Of a DNA stretch of 64,000 bases, positions 17,837 through 26,719 are shown piece after piece. The stretch covers positions 93,066 through 157,065 of the forward strand of contig CAYVNP010000001.1 in assembly GCA_964452905.1 (NCBI GenBank). The letters run 5' to 3'. A program made the translations under genes and the position numbers. Numbering within the stretch: the first letter of the stretch is position 1; every line of letters begins with the position of its first letter. The DNA is from an uncultured Bacteroidales bacterium (lineage in GTDB: Bacteria > Bacteroidota > Bacteroidia > Bacteroidales > CAYVNP01). The notes beneath the pieces were generated by a model. The model had not been told where the DNA came from. It was given only the letters and a program-made list of their open reading frames with translations, and ran no database searches.

Positions 17837-19105
17837 ATGTCGCCGGCAGAACGAAAAAATATTTTTATGAATATTGACTGGATCATGGTCATTCTTTATT
17901 TTGTGCTGGTGATCATGGGTTGGCTGAACATCTTTGCTGCATCCTACAATGAAGCACACCCGGGCATCTTTGATATTGATCAGAACTACGGAAAGCAGAT
18001 GATCTGGATTGGTACCAGTGTGGTGATCATACTCATCATCCTGCTTATTGATGTTAAATTTTATAATGCATTCGGGTATGTGATTTATATATTGCTGTTG
18101 TTGTTGCTTGCCGGTGTATTGATTGCAGGTAAGGATATCAAAGGTGCTCGCTCCTGGTATCAAATCGGTAGTTTTGCCTTGCAACCATCGGAGTTTGTTA
18201 AATTCGGGCTGAACCTTGCCATAGCAAAATATTTAAATACACGGAATATAAATTTGCAGGCAAATGCATCTAAATTTATGGTTGCACTCATCCTTATTAT
18301 ACCTATGTTTCTGATCATGCTTCAACCGGATGCGGGTTCAGCATTGGTATATTGTTCATTCATTTTTGTCCTTTACCGTGAAGGTGGTTTACCCGGAAAT
18401 ATTTTCATTCTGTTTATCATTGTGCTTATCCTTTTTTCTTTTACTCTATTAGCAAATAAATTCATTATTATTGCTGTACTTGCTGTTATTACTGCTCTTT
18501 TATTCATTTTCATCCGTAAAAGAAGAAAAGAAATTACAACCCTGATCGGGCTGTTCGTTTTATCCACTGCTTTTATATTAAGTGTTGACTTTGGCTTTAA
18601 TCATCTGCTTGCTCCGCACCAACGTCAAAGGATCAATGTGCTGTACGGAAAAGAGGTGGATCTAAAAGGGGTTGGGTATAATGTGAATCAATCCAAGATA
18701 GCTATTGGTTCAGGTGGTTTTACCGGTAAAGGTTATTTGCAGGGAACACAAACTAAATATGATTTTGTCCCCGAACAAAGCACGGACTTTATTTTTTGTA
18801 CCATTGGGGAGGAATGGGGATTTATTGGCAGTACACTGGTGATCATTCTTTTTCTCGGGCTATTGCTCCGGATCGTTTATGTTGCCGAACGGCAGCGGTC
18901 AGTATTCAGCAGAATATACGGGTATGGTGTGGCATCTATCCTTTTCATCCATTTGGCTGTGAACATCGGAATGACCATCGGGCTGGTACCGGTTATTGGC
19001 ATTCCTTTGCCATTCTTCAGCTATGGTGGTTCATCCCTATGGGGATTTACCATCTTATTATTTATTTTCGTAAAATTGGATTCATTCCGGTTACAACTTA
19101 TTTAA
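17837..19105 (+). CDS. rodA: Rod shape-determining protein RodA (SEDS family)
   Basis: 422 aa, polytopic, FtsW/RodA/SpoVE family (QPSEFVKF, ...PEQSTDFIF...GEEWGFIG...GIPLPFFSYGGSS). It starts 2 nt after mrdA. Confidence 0.93.
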   Translation: MSPAERKNIFMNIDWIMVILYFVLVIMGWLNIFAASYNEAHPGIFDIDQNYGKQMIWIGTSVVIILIILLIDVKFYNAFGYVIYILLLLLLAGVLIAGKDIKGARSWYQIGSFALQPSEFVKFGLNLAIAKYLNTRNINLQANASKFMVALILIIPMFLIMLQPDAGSALVYCSFIFVLYREGGLPGNIFILFIIVLILFSFTLLANKFIIIAVLAVITALLFIFIRKRRKEITTLIGLFVLSTAFILSVDFGFNHLLAPHQRQRINVLYGKEVDLKGVGYNVNQSKIAIGSGGFTGKGYLQGTQTKYDFVPEQSTDFIFCTIGEEWGFIGSTLVIILFLGLLLRIVYVAERQRSVFSRIYGYGVASILFIHLAVNIGMTIGLVPVIGIPLPFFSYGGSSLWGFTILLFIFVKLDSFRLQLI

Positions 19106-19141
19106 CAACACAGTTTTCATTTTTAAATAATAAAATTTTTA

Positions 19142-19993
19142 TTGACTATGGATTTACAAAATAAAGTTTGCATCATAACCGGCTCTACGTCCGGTATAGG
19201 TAAAGTGACAGCCACTGCGCTTGCTGCATCAGGAGTCACCTTGGTACTCCCTGTCCGCAACATGGTGAAAGGTGAAAATGTAAAACAGGAGATCATTGCT
19301 CAAACAAAAAATGACCGGATCGAACTTTTTCCGTGTGATCTATCTGTACTAAAATCCGTGCATGATTTTACACTGGCATTTAAACAGAAATATAATCGAT
19401 TGCATATCCTGATCAACAATGCCGGTATTTGGGCTAAACATTTCGGAACCACTTCGGATGGAATTGAAAGAACGTTTGCCATCAATCATCTGGCGCCATT
19501 TCTGTTGACCAACCTTCTGCTCGATGTCATGAAACAAAGCGCTCCGGCTCGTATCATCAATCTGTCATCCATTGCACATAAAATGGGAACTATTGATTTT
19601 GATGATCTGGAAGGAAGAAAAAAATTCAGTTTGATGAAATCATACGGTCAATCCAAACTGGCAAATATTCTGTTCACGAAAAAGCTGGCAAAAGATTTAA
19701 AGGAATTTAATATAACAGCCAACTGTGTTCATCCCGGCGGAGTAAGAACAGAGCTGTTTCAGGAAATGAGCTGGTTGTTGAGAATGATGACCCAACTGGT
19801 ATTGATCAGCCCTGAAAAAGGAGCTGAAACATCCATTTATCTTGCCACTTCAGATGAAGTACAAAATATCACCGGAGAGTATTTTGCCAAAAAGAAAATA
19901 CGCAAACCCATTGATGAAGCATGCAACATGGATATTGCCGAGCAACTCTGGAAAGTAAGCGAAGACTACTTGAAAGATTATTTAGAAAAATAA
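19142..19993 (+). CDS. SDR family oxidoreductase
   Basis: TGSTSGIGK Rossmann motif, NNAG, and the catalytic YGQSKLAN (YxxxK). Confidence 0.9.
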   Translation: MTMDLQNKVCIITGSTSGIGKVTATALAASGVTLVLPVRNMVKGENVKQEIIAQTKNDRIELFPCDLSVLKSVHDFTLAFKQKYNRLHILINNAGIWAKHFGTTSDGIERTFAINHLAPFLLTNLLLDVMKQSAPARIINLSSIAHKMGTIDFDDLEGRKKFSLMKSYGQSKLANILFTKKLAKDLKEFNITANCVHPGGVRTELFQEMSWLLRMMTQLVLISPEKGAETSIYLATSDEVQNITGEYFAKKKIRKPIDEACNMDIAEQLWKVSEDYLKDYLEK

Positions 19994-20149
19994 ATTTCCT
20001 ATTCTTAAGGGTTGCTTGATTCTATAACGCATTCAAAATATATTTATATTTTTTAATATATTGCGTATTATTACGTAATATATATAAGGTATTTTTACTT
20101 GCTTTTCAGTTGTTTTTATGATATATTTTTGTATTTAAATATATCCATT

Positions 20150-20497
20150 ATGAATAACTGGTATCAAAATATTGACACATGTAAAATACTTTGGAATGCG
20201 CTTTTTAATCTGAAACAGATTTCAACCGGTTTTAATGAGAGCGGTGAAATAAAAATTAAAGAACTCTCTTTTTTTGATTCAGTAAGAAATAATCAGATCT
20301 TAAATCAGCAGGCATTTGTTGTGGCTTATCAACTTGATACTATTTTTCGTTCAAAACAAGAGGTATCCTATCAAAAATATATAAACCGGTCAACTGCTGT
20401 AAGCAGCATGTTCAATATTTTGACAGACGATACTAAAAAGTTAAAAGATCTCGCTTCAATGATTGAGAAGTGTTATTTGTTTTTCAAAGAAAAATAA
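20150..20497 (+). CDS. Hypothetical protein
   Basis: The track ORF 20099-20497 starts at a TTG. I prefer ATG 20150, which lies 19 nt after a TATTTTTG box (20124-20131). I recognise no domain. Confidence 0.4.
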   Translation: MNNWYQNIDTCKILWNALFNLKQISTGFNESGEIKIKELSFFDSVRNNQILNQQAFVVAYQLDTIFRSKQEVSYQKYINRSTAVSSMFNILTDDTKKLKDLASMIEKCYLFFKEK

Positions 20498-20685
20498 TTT
20501 TTCAAATACCCTTCTATTTTCTTATATATCTAAATTTCTATAGCATATTGTTTGGTTTCTTATCTTCCTTATAACATTAATAATTTATTCAAATACACAA
20601 AGGAAAAAGAAATTATTATATCTTTGTGTTCTAATCATTGGGCATGAATAATCATGTTCTTGAATAATAAATAAAACGTTTTTAT

Positions 20686-20844
20686 ATGAAAAAAGTAATT
20701 CTTTTTCTAATTGTAATCTTTATGACAGGATTATTCTCATCTTGCAAACAGTATGAGACTTGTCCTGCCTATAAACATCAAATTTTCACAAGCAATTTTA
20801 TTCAAAAGATTATCAAAAATAGTTCTATATCAAATTTTTTCTGA
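20686..20844 (+). CDS. Small putative lipoprotein (52 aa), below the track length cutoff
   Basis: My translation is MKKVILFLIVIFMTGLFSSCKQYETCPAYK..., with a signal peptide and lipobox LFSSC. A TATCTTTG box lies at 20619-20626. Confidence 0.35.
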   Translation: MKKVILFLIVIFMTGLFSSCKQYETCPAYKHQIFTSNFIQKIIKNSSISNFF

Positions 20845-20890
20845 TAGTTCTTTTATACGTTTTCTTTACCCTGCAAAATAAAAGGAAAGG

Positions 20891-21637
20891 ATGAAAAAAA
20901 TATTCCTGTCCATATTTTTAGTTTTCAATTTTTGTTTCGTTTTATTTTCCCAAGAAGATAATTATACCGATAGTCACGTTTTAAAATTAAAAGAAACGTA
21001 TGGCGGTATTGTCGTTAATACATCAAGCTGGGGTATCAATTTCAGAAACGGAAAACATAAAACAGGGATGCGGAAAAGAGTTTGGGAATTTGAAGTGGTT
21101 GGATTGAAAAGTTCCAAAGAAAAGAAATACAATCCCAATTATGACAATTCAAAAAGTTATGTGTACGGTAAATTGAATTATTTGTATTTATTACACGCAG
21201 GGAAAGGCATTCAACGAATATTAAATCACAAACCTTTCTGGGGTGGTGTTGAATTACGCCTCTGCGGTTTTGCCGGCGCATCCATTGGCATTACCAAACC
21301 GGTATATTTATATATTTTAAATGTCTCAAAATATCCTTACGAAGGGTACACACTGACAGAAGAAAGATACGATCCTTCCAAACACGATATGGATAATATT
21401 TACGGGAGGGCACCTTTTTTAACGGGCATTGAAAAAACAAAATTTCATCCCGGTTTATATGGTAAATTAGGATTGAACTTTGAATATGGTCCAAACGACC
21501 GGACGGTTAAAGCAATTGAAGTTGGCGCTGTTGTGGATGCATTCCTGAAACCAATACCCATCATGGCATTTGAAAAGAGTAAAAATATTTTTTTATCATT
21601 ATATCTCAGCTTGAATTTTGGTGGACGATATAATTAA
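20891..21637 (+). CDS. Hypothetical secreted/outer-membrane protein
   Basis: 248 aa with a signal peptide and a beta-rich pattern. I recognise no catalytic motif. Confidence 0.6.
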   Translation: MKKIFLSIFLVFNFCFVLFSQEDNYTDSHVLKLKETYGGIVVNTSSWGINFRNGKHKTGMRKRVWEFEVVGLKSSKEKKYNPNYDNSKSYVYGKLNYLYLLHAGKGIQRILNHKPFWGGVELRLCGFAGASIGITKPVYLYILNVSKYPYEGYTLTEERYDPSKHDMDNIYGRAPFLTGIEKTKFHPGLYGKLGLNFEYGPNDRTVKAIEVGAVVDAFLKPIPIMAFEKSKNIFLSLYLSLNFGGRYN

Positions 21638-21655
21638 TCTATATAATTAATTTCA

Positions 21656-22510
21656 TTGAATCCTTCATCTTTAAAACGAAAGCCCGACTGGTTGCGGATC
21701 AAGTTGCCTTCTGTGGATGATTATTCTTACATCAAATCATATCTCACAAAATTTAATTTAAACACTATCTGTGAGAGCGGTAATTGTCCGAACCGCGGAG
21801 AATGCTGGCAAGCACAAACAGCTACATTCATGATCCTAGGCGATACCTGTACACGTTCATGCAAATTTTGTAATGTAAAAAAAGGCGTTCCTCTACCTGA
21901 AGATTGCAGTGAACCTGAAAGTGTAGCAGAGGCCGTTCATCGTTTGAAATTGAAACATTGTGTTATTACTTCGGTTACCCGTGATGACCTGGATGACGGT
22001 GGTTCAATCATCTGGACTGAAACAGTGAAAGCAATCAGAAAAAAGAATCCCTTGATAACCATTGAAACGTTAATCCCGGATTTTAACGGAAACGAAAAAA
22101 ATCTGCAACGTATTATTGATGTTGCACCTGAAATCATTTCACATAATCTTGAAACTGTGAAACGGTTAACTCCTGCAATCAGGAATTACGCTAAATATGA
22201 ACTAAGTTTAAATGTAATAAAACATATTTCACAGGCAGGTATTCGTTCAAAATCAGGTATCATGCTTGGGTTAGGTGAAACGCGTGAAGACATTCTTGAA
22301 GCAATGGATGACCTGATTCAGGCAGGGTGTGAGGTGTTAACCCTTGGACAATATCTACAACCATCCAGAATCAATCTTCCTGTTCTGGAATATATTGAAC
22401 CTCCCGTATTTGAAGAGTACAAAAGAATTGCAGAAACCAAAGGATTTAAAAAAGTGGAAAGCGGTCCACTCGTTCGATCTTCATATAATTCGAATAAGCA
22501 TCTACGATAG
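21656..22510 (+). CDS. lipA: Lipoyl synthase
   Basis: Cysteine clusters CESGNCPNRGECW and CTRSCKFCNV (radical SAM CxxxCxxC). It is collinear with LipA. The apparent start is TTG. Confidence 0.95.
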   Translation: MNPSSLKRKPDWLRIKLPSVDDYSYIKSYLTKFNLNTICESGNCPNRGECWQAQTATFMILGDTCTRSCKFCNVKKGVPLPEDCSEPESVAEAVHRLKLKHCVITSVTRDDLDDGGSIIWTETVKAIRKKNPLITIETLIPDFNGNEKNLQRIIDVAPEIISHNLETVKRLTPAIRNYAKYELSLNVIKHISQAGIRSKSGIMLGLGETREDILEAMDDLIQAGCEVLTLGQYLQPSRINLPVLEYIEPPVFEEYKRIAETKGFKKVESGPLVRSSYNSNKHLR

Positions 22511-22634
22511 TTAAACCGCTTAAGTATTCTTTCATTTTATGTTTATATCTTTCTAAAAATAATATCATTGTATGTAGACAAACAAACACAAATAATTATT
22601 TGTAATTATTTTGTATATTTGTAAAAATGTCACA

Positions 22635-23096
22635 ATGAAGTTAAGAGTTTATATAGATACATCAGTTGTTGGTGGGTACTTTGATGAAGAATTTGAAGAT
22701 GTTACTAAATTATTTTTTGATAGAATTCAAAAAAAGGAATTCTTGGTTTATTTTTCAGAAGTTAGCGAAGCTGAATTAAGTCTGGCACCCGATTTTGTTA
22801 AAGATTTGAAATCTGAAATACCTGTAGATTGTTACAGATATCTTGAATTGGATGATGAAACAATAGAACTTGCCAAAACATATATTAATGAAAATGTATT
22901 AGGGAAGGCAAGTCTTGATGATGCCTACCACATTGCCATTGCAACTGTCAATAGACTTGATGTTCTTGTAAGTTGGAATTTTAAACACATTGTAAATTAT
23001 GATAAAATTAAGTTATTTAATTCTATCAATTTACGATTAGGTTACCCAATGATTGAAATCCGATCACCTAAAGAATTTGTGAATTATGAAACCTAG
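22635..23096 (+). CDS. PIN-like domain protein (candidate VapC-like toxin)
   Basis: Acidic residues sit at PIN-like positions: VYIDTSV, SEVSEAEL, DDAYHIAIA, SWNFKH. I prefer ATG 22635, preceded by a TATATTTG box at 22614-22621. The track start 22611 is a TTG inside that box. Confidence 0.65.
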   Translation: MKLRVYIDTSVVGGYFDEEFEDVTKLFFDRIQKKEFLVYFSEVSEAELSLAPDFVKDLKSEIPVDCYRYLELDDETIELAKTYINENVLGKASLDDAYHIAIATVNRLDVLVSWNFKHIVNYDKIKLFNSINLRLGYPMIEIRSPKEFVNYET

Positions 23097-23235
23097 TACT
23101 AAAAAAGAATTTGATACCGTTAATTTTTTCCGTTCAATTAAAGAAAAATTAGCTGAAAGAATGATTAATATGACATTTGAACAACAACGGGAATTTCTTA
23201 AGCAAGTTAGAGAAGGAAAGATTAAAATAGCATAA
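23086..23235 (+). CDS. Small ORF (49 aa) overlapping the PIN-like gene end; candidate cognate partner
   Basis: My translation is MKPSTKKEFDTVNFFRSIKEKLAERMINMTFEQQREFLKQVREGKIKIA. Its ATG lies 11 nt inside the upstream gene. It is below the track cutoff. Confidence 0.4.
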   Translation: MKPSTKKEFDTVNFFRSIKEKLAERMINMTFEQQREFLKQVREGKIKIA

Positions 23236-23330
23236 ACTGGTACAGATTTTATCTCCCTTTGACATAGCATGTTATGTCGTAATATTTAAAAAAACTTTGG
23301 CTCCCATTTACATTTATTTTTTTGTTTTAG

Positions 23331-23912
23331 TTAATCGAAAAATAAATATTTCAGATTCAAATAACCATAATTCCCTAGGTCATTAAAGAAAGATGTCCCG
23401 ATTATTTTCAGATGACGCCCATGAGCCGTACGGAGAATATACACATGATTATTGGGTTTAAATGTAAATGGAGGCGGGCCTGCAGGTGATTGTAACATAT
23501 CGTCCAGTAAAGCACAACCGGGAGTTCTTCCCCAGGTAGGAGCCATAGTTAAAATAATCGAGATTGAATCATCGGGAATAAACGATTTGTTTTTGTAGGC
23601 ATTCACAGTTACAGTATCAAAATTGATTTCACCCAGATCAAGAATCGCTCCCTGACCGATTCCACTTTTCCCCCCATTGGTTCTGAAACTTTCAAAACGT
23701 ATTCCAAGATCCCAGCTGAGAGTGTCCTGAAAATTTGTTACTGCTATTTCCTTTGCTGTTTCAAAAGAATAGTATTTCCAGTTGAACAGATCATTGTGAA
23801 CATCAATCTGAACAAGTTTTGCATTTGAAGTGGTGTCATCTTTTTTGTCTTTTTTGCATCCTGCCAACGTTAGTAAAAGGGTGGCAATAATCATTGCATT
23901 TTTAATTTTCAT
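23331..23912 (-). CDS. HmuY-family lipoprotein (putative hemophore-like)
   Basis: Lipobox LAGC. The pattern WKYYSF...LSWDLGIRF...RTNGGKSGIGQGA...SPAGPPPF...VYILRTAHGRHLKI is collinear with P. gingivalis HmuY as I recall it. It lies directly downstream of a TonB-dependent receptor. Confidence 0.75.
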   Translation of the reverse strand: MKIKNAMIIATLLLTLAGCKKDKKDDTTSNAKLVQIDVHNDLFNWKYYSFETAKEIAVTNFQDTLSWDLGIRFESFRTNGGKSGIGQGAILDLGEINFDTVTVNAYKNKSFIPDDSISIILTMAPTWGRTPGCALLDDMLQSPAGPPPFTFKPNNHVYILRTAHGRHLKIIGTSFFNDLGNYGYLNLKYLFFD

Positions 23913-23938
23913 AATATATGTTTTAAGTGGTACTGTTT

Positions 23939-26101
23939 TTATTTTTTAAAATAGGTATATGCTTTATCTAAAGATAGGTTCAATTGACAGAATACTCTTC
24001 GCCCCGGATCAATATTAATGAGGTCAGATGTTTTGTGGTAGTTAAAAAGGTTGTCGATCCCAACCGTTACTCTGGCAGCGCCATTTAAAAATTCATGGAT
24101 GGTGACCAGTTTCCAGATAGAGTAGTCAGGATAAGTTACATTCACAAATACCAATGAATTGTCAGCATAATCCTGATACGTTTTTTGGCTATAGTATTTC
24201 CCATTAAAGGCAAGCCGGAACTGATATTTTTTAAATCGTTTACTGTATTCAATTCCTCCAATTCCGGTATGTTTGCTGATACCTATCAATTCCTTATGTG
24301 TATTCATATCAAGTGCATACGTAAAACTATAACCGATGGTCAGAATTAATTTCCGGATGATTTTATGTCTTATCATATTATCAATTCCAAAGATATTCAC
24401 TTTACTGAAATTAACATAAGAGAAGGTATGATCAGTCCCGGCAATCGGCATTTCCAGGATCATATCTTTCAGATGTGTATTGTAAATATTTATACTGTAG
24501 TCCACCCGGTTTGTTTGAATCTCAGTTGAAAGCGAAGCGTATTGCGATCTTTCCGGCTTCAGGTCTTTATTCCCCTGGAACGCAATGAATCCGAGATCAA
24601 AATCATAATAACGTTCTTTGATACTTGGTACACGGAATCCGTAACCATAGGTTCCCCTGAAAACAAATTTACCAACTGTATACATCAACGAAGCTTTGGG
24701 TGAAAAAGAAGGTCCGAATTCGGAATGTATATCGGTGCGGAAGCCGATCACGCTGCTCCATCGTTTATTCATCTTCATTTCATCTTGCATAAAAAAAACA
24801 TAATTATGATTCTGCTTGGAAGAATCCTGAATACGTTCAGCATACATTTTATCTGAAAAATATTCAATGCCGCCAATGATATTTTGTTCTTTAAAAAGTT
24901 TATGTGGTTTCAAATGATACTCACCAATCAAACGACCGGTCATTTGAGTGTTGTCATAATTCTTTCTTTTTTCATTATTCAGTCGTTCCAGAATATCATA
25001 CGATTTGTAATCATCTCCGTAGAAACTACCTGTCAGACTGAACCGTTCATTGATCTTGAATTTGCTGCCCAGTCCACCGCTGAAATCAACATAAAGAGGA
25101 TGTTTATTAATAACAGCCACATCAAACCGTTCGCGTGAAAAGTAGGACCCATGCAGATTTAATGAAATTTTCGGTGTAATATCATAATTGAATTTTTGAA
25201 AAACAGAATATATTTCATAAGGTTCAACGGTATATAAATCAGGTGTTGCCGGTGTCAGGTCGTATCCGGATGATTGTTTACGCACAAAATCAGTAAAGCT
25301 GGTGAAATTATTTTTTTTAAAGCCGACATTGGCGCCTGTCTCCAGTTCATTGTATTTGGAATATCGTCCATATATATTTGATTCAAACGGTTTGACAGGT
25401 GTATGGGTTATAATGTTGACCACACCGCCGATGGCGCTTGAACCGTAAAGCGATGAGGATGCACCTTTAACAATTTCAACCTTATCAATATTAGATGTGT
25501 TCAATCGTGAATAATCAATATTGTCGCGGTTCTCACCTGCAAAGCGTTCCCCGTCAAGCAGGAACAAGGTATATTTTGCCGATAATCCCTGCACCCTGAA
25601 TGTGAGTCCGCGCCCTTCGTTGTAAAACTCAACACCGGGCATGGTGCTGTTGATAGCATCTGCAATATTCGTTGTCCCTGTATTTTGTATTTGTTGCGTA
25701 TTCACGATCTGGGTTAATACAGGAACATCTTTTAACAATTGATCCGTTCGTGAAGCAGTAATAACAACCTCATTAAAATCAGTAACCGATTCATTCAGAT
25801 ATATTTTTAATTCATGTATAGATTGTTGAATGGATAATTTCTGCTGTTTCGTGGAGTATCCCATGGCGCTAAAAAATACAGTATAGATGCCTGGTTTTAC
25901 AATTTTAAAAAGAAAATGACCATTTACATCAGAAACTGCATGTTTGTTGGATTCTTTCAGGATAATATTCCCTGAAGCAATGGGTTGTTTCGTGGCTGAA
26001 TCCAGAAGAAACCCGGTAAATTCAATGGATTGAGACCAAGCGCTCTTTCCAAGAAAAAAAAACTGGATAAAAAGAAATAATATATAGATCGTTCTTTTCA
26101 A
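23939..26101 (-). CDS. TonB-dependent receptor with N-terminal carboxypeptidase-regulatory-like domain
   Basis: 720 aa with a signal peptide, a plug domain (VVITASR...DVPV...) and a C-terminal barrel. The apparent TTG start overlaps the upstream stop (cattgaaaa). Confidence 0.92.
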   Translation of the reverse strand: MKRTIYILFLFIQFFFLGKSAWSQSIEFTGFLLDSATKQPIASGNIILKESNKHAVSDVNGHFLFKIVKPGIYTVFFSAMGYSTKQQKLSIQQSIHELKIYLNESVTDFNEVVITASRTDQLLKDVPVLTQIVNTQQIQNTGTTNIADAINSTMPGVEFYNEGRGLTFRVQGLSAKYTLFLLDGERFAGENRDNIDYSRLNTSNIDKVEIVKGASSSLYGSSAIGGVVNIITHTPVKPFESNIYGRYSKYNELETGANVGFKKNNFTSFTDFVRKQSSGYDLTPATPDLYTVEPYEIYSVFQKFNYDITPKISLNLHGSYFSRERFDVAVINKHPLYVDFSGGLGSKFKINERFSLTGSFYGDDYKSYDILERLNNEKRKNYDNTQMTGRLIGEYHLKPHKLFKEQNIIGGIEYFSDKMYAERIQDSSKQNHNYVFFMQDEMKMNKRWSSVIGFRTDIHSEFGPSFSPKASLMYTVGKFVFRGTYGYGFRVPSIKERYYDFDLGFIAFQGNKDLKPERSQYASLSTEIQTNRVDYSINIYNTHLKDMILEMPIAGTDHTFSYVNFSKVNIFGIDNMIRHKIIRKLILTIGYSFTYALDMNTHKELIGISKHTGIGGIEYSKRFKKYQFRLAFNGKYYSQKTYQDYADNSLVFVNVTYPDYSIWKLVTIHEFLNGAARVTVGIDNLFNYHKTSDLINIDPGRRVFCQLNLSLDKAYTYFKK

Positions 26102-26481
26102 TGCCTGATCATGATTAATATAGCTCCGGTAATATAAGCGAGTACCCAGTAAATGTAAACGAACATCGTCCCTCTGAAAAATCGAGGAGAAATTATTTTA
26201 TCAGTTCCGTTTGTTTGAATAAACCGCAAACAAAGTATTGTTTCTATCAGCATACCGGTTAAAGAAGAATAACCGATCAATCCATGCAACGTGATGGCTC
26301 CCTGACTTGATCCAATAACCATGCAGATGGTCGAGGTCAAATCAAAAAACACACCAATGGAAAAAAAAGTAAAAACAATACGGCTTAAAATTTTTTCCTT
26401 TGACAGTTTAAGGAATCCGATCGTATAAAATATCAATGCCAGATTGACTATAATAATACCGACAGTTAAAATGGGTTTCAT
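26098..26481 (-). CDS. Small 4-TM integral membrane protein (possibly HsmA/TIGR03987-like)
   Basis: 127 aa with four hydrophobic helices. It is the first gene of the receptor operon. The family assignment is from memory of this architecture, not from a search. Confidence 0.6.
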   Translation of the reverse strand: MKPILTVGIIIVNLALIFYTIGFLKLSKEKILSRIVFTFFSIGVFFDLTSTICMVIGSSQGAITLHGLIGYSSLTGMLIETILCLRFIQTNGTDKIISPRFFRGTMFVYIYWVLAYITGAILIMIRH

Positions 26482-26690
26482 CTTCTTTTTAAAAAGTGCA
26501 CAAAATTAGAGATAATAAAATTACATATTCAATTTATTAGTAAATAATTTGACTGATAAATAGTATAAAAAGATTTGTCTTTTCTCATATGATAAATCGT
26601 TTTAATATTTTTGCCCTGATTACTCAATAAATAAAAATAAAATATACATGATTTATATAAAAACAAATTTCATCTTCAAATCATTTAATG

Positions 26691-26698
26691 TAAATTTG
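26691..26698 (+). promoter_or_regulatory. Candidate -7 promoter box (TAAATTTG) for recG
   Basis: It matches TAnnTTTG and lies 21 nt upstream of the recG ATG. Confidence 0.4.
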
Positions 26699-26719
26699 TA
26701 CAAAGAATCCCATTCATAA

